Assembly: GCA_965220965.1 (NCBI GenBank)
Contig: OZ244852.1
Location: 160,001-224,000, forward strand
Direction of reading: 5' to 3'
Source of the DNA: Candidatus Marinacidobacterium sp.
Lineage (GTDB): Bacteria; Acidobacteriota; Vicinamibacteria; Marinacidobacterales; Marinacidobacteraceae
DNA length: 64,000 nucleotides
The translations under genes were made by a program, and so were the position numbers. Below the pieces are notes generated by a model. That model made no database searches, was not told the DNA's origin, and worked only from the letters and a program-made list of their open reading frames with translations. Below, in pieces: positions 1 to 7,724 of this stretch; position 1 is the stretch's first letter, and every line of letters begins with the position of its first letter.

Positions 1-2
1 TC

Positions 3-167
3 GGCGCCTCGTCGGCGGCGAGCCACGCCTGCAAGGCGAGCCGGACGCTCAGCATCACCTGCAACTGGGACGCCGACGGCGGCATCGGCCGCCTGGCGAG
101 CGACACTCCCGAGAGGGACTTCACGACGACGAACGCGTCCAAGTTCCTGAAGTGCTCGGTGGAATAA
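3..167 (+). CDS. 3' end (partial) of a paralog of the downstream Cys-rich lipoprotein
   Basis: Frame 3 reads GASSAASHACKASRTLSITCNWDADGGIGRLASDTPERDFTTTNASKFLKCSVE*. This aligns with the C-terminus of 491..2224 (GGDSPTCRVTKTFSMSCVWDASGDIDRL...RRFMKCELEVN), with three Cys and WDA.G.I.RL conserved. Confidence 0.85.
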   Translation, partial: GASSAASHACKASRTLSITCNWDADGGIGRLASDTPERDFTTTNASKFLKCSVE

Positions 168-185
168 CGCCGAACGCCTGACACA

Positions 186-260
186 CTGGTTTCGCCGGGC
201 GGGCTGACGCCCACCGGGCGAGACCGGGAGCCCTGGGGTCTTCGGACCCCGGGGCTCTTG
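186..260 (+). terminator. Double hairpin: GGC-TGAC-GCC-capped stem plus cUUCGg terminator-like stem
   Basis: Stem 188-225 with TGAC loop, then gagccctggggtcTTCGgaccccggggctc followed by ttgt. The same arrangement occurs at 2243-2315. Confidence 0.75.
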
Positions 261-327
261 TCGTGTACGCCCTCACGGGCGCCGTGGGGCGACCGCTCCC
301 GATCCTTCCCGCCGGCCGGGACCACGC

Positions 328-336
328 TGGTAGCAT
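328..336 (+). promoter_or_regulatory. Putative extended -10 promoter (TGnTAGCAT) for the lipoprotein gene
   Basis: TGGTAGCAT lies about 155 nt upstream of ATG 491 and downstream of the terminator. Confidence 0.45.
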
Positions 337-490
337 CCCCCGCTTCGCGGGCGTCCGGCGCTCCGCCAACCGGAACGACGGCGCCGCGAGTTTCCTGACC
401 CGGGTCAGGCGCGTCGCGGGAGACGCCGACGCCACATTCCTTCGTCCGGGGCGCGCCAGGCCCCGGGACGACCTGCGGGAGGCAGGCCCC

Positions 491-2224
491 ATGACACAGC
501 TCACCGTGAAGTCGGTCCCCCGGGGCCTGATGGTCCTGCTCGCTCTCTTCCTCGGAGCCGGCCTGGCGCTCTCCGGGTGTGGCGAGGAAGAAGCGACCCC
601 GGCGCCAACCCCCGCTCCGGCGCCAGCTCCCGCCCCGGCCCCCGAGCCGGAACCAGCGCCGGAGCCCGAGCCGGAGCCGGAACCGGCGCCCGCGCTCGAG
701 ATCACCTTCGCGGCGCCGGAGGGCGAGCACCCGATGGTCCCGGACGACGGGACCGACGCCGCCACCGCGATGGCGACGGTGAACCCGAAGATGGTCGTCA
801 CCTCGAACATGCTGGCGGCGGTTACCCCGATGTTCATCGACGACGCCTCGGCGGTCGCGGTGATGCCGGGGGAGAACATGCCGTTCGAGTTCGTCTCGTG
901 GCATGCCGCGCAGTCGATGGTCGTCACCAGCGGCGCGACCTTCGCGGTGGTGAAGGCCTCGATCGGCGCGAACCAGGAGGTCGTTCCGATATCGGCCGCA
1001 GTCAGCTATGTGACCTGCGGGCCGTTCGGTTGCCAGGCGGGCGAGGCGCCGCCCGAGATCTCGATCGCGGATTCGCCGGAATGCCAGGGCTGGGATCCGG
1101 GCCTCACTCTCGAAGTCGGGCAGGTGGACAACGACCGCGCGAGGCGGAGCGGCGTTTTCGGGTTCAAGGACGGTTACGACCTGGGCTGGGTCTACTCCTC
1201 GTCGCTCGCCTTCGACGCGACCCACGACTTCGGGACCTTCAGCGACCGCGGCGTGACGAAGGACCACGCGAAGGGGACGAACAAGGCGATGACGATGGCC
1301 AACATCGGCGAGGCGATCGTCGCCGACGACAATGCGACCCGGGACGGGATCCAGGAGCCCTGCCTGACCTACACCGGCAACCAGTCCGACGACATCCTCA
1401 AGCCTCACGGGTGCTTCCGGCTGACCACGAAGGAGGACTTCCTCTCCGACTACACGGTCACGCTGACGCCGCAGGGCGGCGACGTCTCCTGGGGCAAGGT
1501 GAGCAACTGGGAGAACGATCCGTTCGCCGATCTCACCTGCGACGCGGTCACGTTCCGAGCCACCGACCAGATCGACGCCTGCGCCCTGTTCGAGGCGGAG
1601 GTGGACCACGCCACCAGCACGGCGAGGATCGAGGGCGAGCCCGCCTTCGGGACCCTCTGGGTGAGCCGGCTCCACCTGAACGGTCGCGGCGTGCGCTACA
1701 TCACGCTGCCCTACGACGAGGACGGGAAGCGGAACAACTACCAGGACCCGGACACAACGGTGGACGACGCCTATGACCCCAGCTTCGGCGGGGGCGGCAC
1801 GAACGGCGGGGTCGTCTATCCCCCGGAGCTGTACTTCCTGGATGACGATGGGGACCCGAAGCACGGCGACTTCGGCAAGGCGGACCCGGACCAGGACGAC
1901 GATCCCGATTCCTACGACGACACGAACCCGGACGCCAACGAGTGCACCGCCGAGGATGGCGGCGAAGCCCAGTTGAAGAACGACGCCGGCGTCGTGACGC
2001 GGCACGGCTCGCTCTGCGATTCCTCGCTCGACCTGGACTTCGAAGTGGACTTCCAGAACTTCGGCGGCGACAGCCCGACCTGCAGGGTCACCAAGACCTT
2101 CTCGATGTCGTGCGTGTGGGACGCCAGCGGCGACATCGACAGGCTCGTGGGCCAACCGCGGGAGACGGCGCTGACGAGCCGCAACTGGCGCCGCTTCATG
2201 AAGTGCGAGCTCGAGGTGAACTGA
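491..2224 (+). CDS. Uncharacterised Cys-rich, acidic surface lipoprotein with Pro/Ala/Glu linker
   Basis: GGGAGG RBS before ATG 491; signal peptide with lipobox LSG-C; (PA)n(PE)n linker; 12 further Cys; Asp-rich segments. The ORF-track start at 263 is probably too far upstream. Confidence 0.85.
   Translation: MTQLTVKSVPRGLMVLLALFLGAGLALSGCGEEEATPAPTPAPAPAPAPAPEPEPAPEPEPEPEPAPALEITFAAPEGEHPMVPDDGTDAATAMATVNPKMVVTSNMLAAVTPMFIDDASAVAVMPGENMPFEFVSWHAAQSMVVTSGATFAVVKASIGANQEVVPISAAVSYVTCGPFGCQAGEAPPEISIADSPECQGWDPGLTLEVGQVDNDRARRSGVFGFKDGYDLGWVYSSSLAFDATHDFGTFSDRGVTKDHAKGTNKAMTMANIGEAIVADDNATRDGIQEPCLTYTGNQSDDILKPHGCFRLTTKEDFLSDYTVTLTPQGGDVSWGKVSNWENDPFADLTCDAVTFRATDQIDACALFEAEVDHATSTARIEGEPAFGTLWVSRLHLNGRGVRYITLPYDEDGKRNNYQDPDTTVDDAYDPSFGGGGTNGGVVYPPELYFLDDDGDPKHGDFGKADPDQDDDPDSYDDTNPDANECTAEDGGEAQLKNDAGVVTRHGSLCDSSLDLDFEVDFQNFGGDSPTCRVTKTFSMSCVWDASGDIDRLVGQPRETALTSRNWRRFMKCELEVN
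597..693 (+). repeat. Imperfect 6-bp coding repeats encoding the TPAPTPAPAPAPAPAPEPEPAPEPEPEPEPAPA linker
   Basis: ccggcg/ccggag/cccgag-type hexamer runs are visible in the sequence. Confidence 0.85.
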
Positions 2225-2242
2225 CGCCGAACCCGTCATGTA

Positions 2243-2315
2243 GCCGCTGCGCCGGACGGCTGACGCCCGGCGGACGGCGAAACCTGCCCCGGGGTCTTCG
2301 GACTCCGGGGCTCTT
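2243..2315 (+). terminator. Double hairpin (TGAC-loop stem plus cUUCGg terminator-like stem), second copy
   Basis: cgccggacGGCTGACGCCcggcg, then gccccggggtcTTCGgactccggggc followed by tctt. Confidence 0.75.
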
Positions 2316-2402
2316 CGCTGTACGGAGGGGCGTCGAGCTCGCCGCACAGCGTTCTGTCTCCCTGAAGCGCATAGCATGGGCGGCCATCCCGGGAGGCCCC
2401 TC

Positions 2403-5400
2403 ATGCTCCAGACTCCGCCGCTCCGTTTCCTCGGACGCTTCGCTGCGATCCTCGGTCTGCTGGGGGCGGTGAGCGCCCCCGCCCAGGAGACCGCGCCGGA
2501 CGAAGCCGCGGCCTGGGGACGCGCCGCCTCCGGCCTGAAGCTCCGCGGGATCGGCCCCGCGCTCATGGGCGGCCGGATCGCCGACATCGTGATCCACCCG
2601 GAGCGTCGGTCCACCTGGTACGTGGCGGTCGGCTCGGGCGGAGTCTGGAAGACAGCGAACGCCGGCGCGACCTGGACGCCGGTGTTCGACGACCAGCCCT
2701 CCTACTCGATCGGAACGCTCGCGCTGGATCCCACGAGTCCGGAGGTCGTCTGGGTGGGGACCGGAGAGAACGTGAGCGGCCGCCACGTCGGCTGGGGCGA
2801 CGGGGTCTACCGCAGCCGCGACGGGGGAGGTTCGTGGGAGAAGATGGGTCTCGACGGCTCGGACCACATCGGCCGGATCCTGGTGGACCCCCGCGACGGC
2901 GACACCGTCCTCGTCGCGGCCGAGGGGCCGCTGTGGAGTGGGGGCGGCGAGCGCGGCGTCTACCGGACCGAGGACGGTGGAGCGAGCTGGAACCGGGTGC
3001 TCGACCTGGGCCCGGACACCGGGGCGACCGACCTCGAGTTCGCCCCTGACGACCCCGACACCGTCTACGCCGCCGCCTACCAGCGCCGGCGCCACATCTG
3101 GTCGTTCCTCGCCGGTGGGCCGGGCTCGGGGATCTGGAAGTCCACCGACGGCGGCCGAACCTTCCGGGAGGTCACCCGGGGACTCCCCGACGCCGACATC
3201 GGGAAGATCGGCCTCGCGGTGACTCCGGCGGATCCGAGCCTGGTGTATGCGACGGTCGAGGCGGCGGACGGCGAGCAGGGCTTTTACCGCTCGCGGGACC
3301 GGGGGGAGAGCTGGGAGAAGCGGAACGCCTACATCTCCGGCGGCACCGGGCCGCACTACTACCAGGAAATCGAGGCCTCCCCCACCGACCCCGACCTCGT
3401 CTACCAGATGGATGTCTTCCTTCACGTGACCCGCGACGGCGGGGCGACGTTCGAGGTGCTCGGCACCGGCCGGGAGAAGCACAGCGACAACCACGCGCTC
3501 TGGATCGACCCCGACGACCCCGGCCACCTCATCGCCGGGAGCGACGCCGGGCTCTACGAGACCTTCGACGAGGGGGTGAGCTGGCGACACTTCCCGAACA
3601 TGCCGATCTCGCAGTTCTACAAGGTGGCGCTCAGCGAGGGCGAGCCGTTCTACGACATCCTGGGCGGCGCCCAGGACCTGGGGACGCTCCACGGGCCCGC
3701 CCGCACGACGAACCGCGAGGGCGTCCGCAACCGTGACTGGTACGTCCCGCTGGGCGCCGACGGCTACGGCGTGGCCATCGATCCCCGCGACGACAACATC
3801 CTCTACCTCATGACCCAGCAGGGGGACCTCGCCCGGGTCGACCGCCGGAACCAGGAGGTGCTGCGCATCCGGCCGCTGCCGGTCCCCGACGAGGTTCCCG
3901 AGCGGTGGAACTGGGACTCGCCGCTCCTCCTTAGCCCCCACGATCCCGACCGGATCTGGTACGGGTCGCAGCGCCTCTGGCGGAGTGACGACATGGGGAT
4001 GAGCTGGACCGCGGTGAGCGGGGACCTCACGACCGGCCGGAGCCGTTACGAGTTGCCGTTCTACGACCGGATCTGGAGCGTGGACGCGCTCCACGACACC
4101 GGAGCCATGTCGCGCTACGCCACGCTCACCGCCATCACCGAGTCGCCGGTCGCCGCCGGCGTGCTCACCACCGGCAGCGACGACGGGCTGATCCACACGA
4201 GCTCCGACGGCGGAGCGACCTGGACGCGGGCCGCGGACCTGCCGGGGCTCGCGCCGCTGTCGTTCATCAACGATGTCGAGGCCTCGCAGCACGACGCCGA
4301 CACGGTGTTCGCGGTGGCGGACAACCACAAGACCGGGGACCACCGGCCTTATCTGTTCCGGAGCCGCGACCGTGGCGCGTCCTGGGAGTCCATCGTCGGG
4401 GACCTCCCCGAGGACACGATCCTGTGGGCGGTCCAGCAGGACCATGAGGATCCCGACCTGCTCTTCCTCGGGGGCGAGCACGCCCTGCACGCGAGCTGGA
4501 ACGGCGGGACGAACTGGGTGAAGCTGGCGGGGGCGCCGACGATTTCGTTCCGCGACCTGAAGATCCAGCGCCGGGACGACGACCTGGTGGGGGCGACCTT
4601 CGGGCGCGGCTTCTACGTGCTGGACGACTACCGGCCGCTGAGGACGCTCGCCGCGACCGTCCGCGCCGGAGAGCCCGCGCTCTTCCCGCTGCGCGACGCC
4701 TGGTGGTACATCCCCTCGGTTCCGGCGCAGGCGCCCGGCCGCCCCACGCAGGGCAGCACCGCCTTCGTGGCGGACAACCCCCCCTTCGGCGCGGTCTTCA
4801 CCTACTACCTGCCCGAGGATCTCCGCACCGCGCAGGAGGAACGGCGCGAGGCCGAGAAGGAGACGCGGGAGGCCGGCGGGGACGTCGCCTTCCCCGGCTT
4901 TGACACGCTTCGGCTCGAGGAGCTGGAGGCCGCCCCGGCGGTCTTCCTCGAGATCTCGGACGACTCCGGAACGACGATCCGCCGCGTGCGGGGACCGGCG
5001 ACGGCGGGGGTCCACCGGGTGGCCTGGGATCTTCGCGGCCCCGCTCCGGACCCGGTGAGCGTCACGACGCCGGCCTTCACGCCGCCCTGGGTCCAGCCGC
5101 CGATCGGCCCGCTCCACGCGCCCGGGAGCTACCAGGCCCGCCTCCTCGCCGTGACCCGCGACGGCGCCCGCCCGCTCGGGGCGCCGGTGTCCTTCGGGGT
5201 CCGCGCGGTCCCGACGCTGCCCGAAAACACTGATCCCGCCGCGGTCGCCGCGTTCCAGCAGGAAACCGCCGCCCTCCTCCGCGAGGCGCACGCCGCGACC
5301 GGCGAGCTTCGGGAGGCGCGGACCCGCCTCGGCCGGCTGCGCGTCGCGCTCGGCCGGACGCCCGGCGCCGATCCGGCCCTCTATGGCGAGATGGACTCCA

Positions 5401-5687
5401 TCCTCCGGACGATCTCCGACCTCGAGGTGCGCCTCACCGGGGACCCGGCCGCCCAGTCGCGGAACCATCCGGCGGCGCCTTCGGTGCGCGGCCGGCTGGG
5501 AGCGATCGTCTCCGGCCACTGGCGGACCCGGCAGATGCCCACCGGGACCCACCGGACGAGTCTCGCCACCGCCGCCACCGAGTTCGGGTCGATACGCAGC
5601 GAACTCGGGACGCTGGTGGACACGACGTTCCCCGCGCTCGAATCCGCGCTGGAGGCCGCCGGGGCCCCGTTCGCTCCGGGGCGCTGA
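2403..5687 (+). CDS. Secreted VPS10/sortilin-like BNR (Asp-box) repeat beta-propeller protein (putative glycosyl hydrolase)
   Basis: Signal peptide; IGPALMGGRIAD N-terminal motif; many S/TxDGGxTW Asp-boxes; RWNWDSP; ATFGRG. GGAGG RBS before ATG 2403. Confidence 0.85.
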   Translation: MLQTPPLRFLGRFAAILGLLGAVSAPAQETAPDEAAAWGRAASGLKLRGIGPALMGGRIADIVIHPERRSTWYVAVGSGGVWKTANAGATWTPVFDDQPSYSIGTLALDPTSPEVVWVGTGENVSGRHVGWGDGVYRSRDGGGSWEKMGLDGSDHIGRILVDPRDGDTVLVAAEGPLWSGGGERGVYRTEDGGASWNRVLDLGPDTGATDLEFAPDDPDTVYAAAYQRRRHIWSFLAGGPGSGIWKSTDGGRTFREVTRGLPDADIGKIGLAVTPADPSLVYATVEAADGEQGFYRSRDRGESWEKRNAYISGGTGPHYYQEIEASPTDPDLVYQMDVFLHVTRDGGATFEVLGTGREKHSDNHALWIDPDDPGHLIAGSDAGLYETFDEGVSWRHFPNMPISQFYKVALSEGEPFYDILGGAQDLGTLHGPARTTNREGVRNRDWYVPLGADGYGVAIDPRDDNILYLMTQQGDLARVDRRNQEVLRIRPLPVPDEVPERWNWDSPLLLSPHDPDRIWYGSQRLWRSDDMGMSWTAVSGDLTTGRSRYELPFYDRIWSVDALHDTGAMSRYATLTAITESPVAAGVLTTGSDDGLIHTSSDGGATWTRAADLPGLAPLSFINDVEASQHDADTVFAVADNHKTGDHRPYLFRSRDRGASWESIVGDLPEDTILWAVQQDHEDPDLLFLGGEHALHASWNGGTNWVKLAGAPTISFRDLKIQRRDDDLVGATFGRGFYVLDDYRPLRTLAATVRAGEPALFPLRDAWWYIPSVPAQAPGRPTQGSTAFVADNPPFGAVFTYYLPEDLRTAQEERREAEKETREAGGDVAFPGFDTLRLEELEAAPAVFLEISDDSGTTIRRVRGPATAGVHRVAWDLRGPAPDPVSVTTPAFTPPWVQPPIGPLHAPGSYQARLLAVTRDGARPLGAPVSFGVRAVPTLPENTDPAAVAAFQQETAALLREAHAATGELREARTRLGRLRVALGRTPGADPALYGEMDSILRTISDLEVRLTGDPAAQSRNHPAAPSVRGRLGAIVSGHWRTRQMPTGTHRTSLATAATEFGSIRSELGTLVDTTFPALESALEAAGAPFAPGR

Positions 5688-5738
5688 AGAGGCGTCCGCC
5701 ACCCGCCCCGGGTCGTCCCCGGGGTGGGCCGGCCGGGG

Positions 5739-5939
5739 CTATGCGGCCGCAACCTCGAACCCGCTCAGGTTGCGGGTCTTCTCGCTGAACTCCACCCCGA
5801 CCAGGTGGATCGGCTCGCCCCGGCGCCGGTACTTCTCCGCATACCCGCGGTCCATGAGCTGGCGGAGCGCGGCGCCCTCCCCGGCGCGTTCCACGACCTT
5901 GAACTCGAACAGGACGTGCCTGGCGTCCGGTCGTACCAT
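5739..5939 (-). pseudogene. C-terminal remnant of an AAA-ATPase-associated PD-(D/E)XK nuclease (PDDEXK_9/DUF1703-like)
   Basis: VLFEFKVVE...ALRQLMDRGYAEKYRRRGEPIHLVGVEFSEKTRNL is the typical tail of this family. The ATPase part and the first catalytic Asp motif are absent. Confidence 0.7.
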
Positions 5940-5946
5940 CCCTCCC

Positions 5947-7695
5947 ATGCGGAACTCCCTGCTCGCCACGGGCCTTCTGATCGCGGCCCTGGCCCTTCCC
6001 GTCCCCGCGGATGCCCAGCCCGATCCGGAACTCCACGCGCTCTTCGACGATTTCATGGAGTTCCGGCGCCGCGAGGAGCCCCGGTTCGCCGCCTCGCTCG
6101 ACGGGGTGGCGCCCGACACGCTGGGAGACGCCACCGAGGCGGCTGTTCTCCGCCGCGCGCGGGAGGTCGCCGGGTTCCGCGACCGGCTGCTCGCGATACC
6201 CCGCGGTCGGCTCTCGTCGGACGACCTGGTTCACGCCGACATCTTCGAGGCGGCGCTCTCCGAGCAGATCGGCGACGCCCGGTTCGGCGGCCACTTCCTG
6301 CCGATCAACGCCGATTCGGGCTTCCATATCGGGATGGCTCGGCTGCCCCAGTCGCTCCCCCTGCGCGCCGCCGCGGACTACGACGCCTACATCGCGCTCC
6401 TGAGGGATATCCCCCGGGTGTTCGGCGAGTACATCGCGCGGATGCGTCGCGGAGTCGAGCTCGGGATCACCGTCCCCCGGGTCGTTCTCGAGGGCTACGA
6501 GGTCACGATCGCTTCCCACGTCGTGGATGACCCGGAGGCGAGCGTCTTCTTCGCGCCGTTCCTCCGCTTCCCGGAGCGCATCGGCGAGGCCGACCGCGCC
6601 CGCCTGCGGGCCGCCGGGGCGGAAGCCGTCCTCGACGGTCCGGTCGCCGCCTACCGGACCTTCCTCGACTTTTTCGAGAACGAGTACCGACCGAACGCCC
6701 GTACCACGATCGGAGCATCGGATCTTCCCGATGGCCGCAGCTACTACGCCTTCCTGATCGGGAAGTTCACGACGCTCGACCAGACCGCGGAACAGGTCCA
6801 CCAGGTGGGTCTCGCCGAGGTCGAGCGGATCCGGGAGGAAATGGTGGCGGCGATGCGGGCGTCGGGGTTCGACGGGACCTGGGAGGAGTTCTTCGAATTC
6901 CTGCGGACCGATCCGCAGTTCTACGCGTCCACCCCGCAGCAACTGCTCGACCGGGCGATGGTCATCGTGAAGCGGATGGACGGACAGCTCCCGGCGCTGT
7001 TCCGCCGCCTGCCGCGCCAGCCCTACACCGTGGAGCCGGTCCCCGACGCGATCGCCCCCAAGTACACCGGGGGCCGCTACGTCGGCGCGCCGCTCGATTC
7101 GACGCAGCCGGGCCGCTACTGGGTCAACACCTACGCGCTGGAGAGCCGACCGCTCTACACCCTCGAAGCGCTCTCACTCCACGAGGCGGTCCCCGGCCAT
7201 CACCTGCAGATCGCGCTGGCGAAGGAACTCGACCTTCCGGAGTTCCGTCGGCACTACGGGATCGGCGCCTACAGCGAGGGCTGGGCGCTCTACTCGGAGC
7301 GTCTCGGGCTCGAGGCGGGGTTCTACCTCGACCCCTACTCGAACTTCGGCCGGCTCACCTACGAGATGTGGCGGGCCTGCCGTCTGGTGGTGGACACCGG
7401 AATGCACGCGCTGGGCTGGACCCGGGAGCAGACGCTCGACTACCTCGCGTCGAACACCGCGCTGTCCCTCCACGAGATCACCACCGAGACCGACCGCTAC
7501 ATCGCCTGGCCGGGGCAGGCGCTCGGCTACAAGCTGGGCGAGCTGAAGATCCGCGAGCTTCGGGCGCTCGCCGAGGAGACGCTCGGAGAGGCCTTCGACC
7601 TGCGCGAGTTCCACGACGCCGTCCTCCTGCCCGGCCCGGTCACGCTGCCGGTGCTGGACCGGATCATCCGGTCGTGGCTGGACGCCCGCCGCTGA
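5947..7695 (+). CDS. DUF885 family secreted protein (putative metallopeptidase)
   Basis: Signal peptide MRNSLLATGLL; motifs HEAVPGHHLQ, YSEGWALYSE, RACRLVVDTGMH, PGQALGYKLG. Confidence 0.92.
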   Translation: MRNSLLATGLLIAALALPVPADAQPDPELHALFDDFMEFRRREEPRFAASLDGVAPDTLGDATEAAVLRRAREVAGFRDRLLAIPRGRLSSDDLVHADIFEAALSEQIGDARFGGHFLPINADSGFHIGMARLPQSLPLRAAADYDAYIALLRDIPRVFGEYIARMRRGVELGITVPRVVLEGYEVTIASHVVDDPEASVFFAPFLRFPERIGEADRARLRAAGAEAVLDGPVAAYRTFLDFFENEYRPNARTTIGASDLPDGRSYYAFLIGKFTTLDQTAEQVHQVGLAEVERIREEMVAAMRASGFDGTWEEFFEFLRTDPQFYASTPQQLLDRAMVIVKRMDGQLPALFRRLPRQPYTVEPVPDAIAPKYTGGRYVGAPLDSTQPGRYWVNTYALESRPLYTLEALSLHEAVPGHHLQIALAKELDLPEFRRHYGIGAYSEGWALYSERLGLEAGFYLDPYSNFGRLTYEMWRACRLVVDTGMHALGWTREQTLDYLASNTALSLHEITTETDRYIAWPGQALGYKLGELKIRELRALAEETLGEAFDLREFHDAVLLPGPVTLPVLDRIIRSWLDARR

Positions 7696-7724
7696 CCCGC
7701 TGACCGACCCGGCGCCGGAACCTG

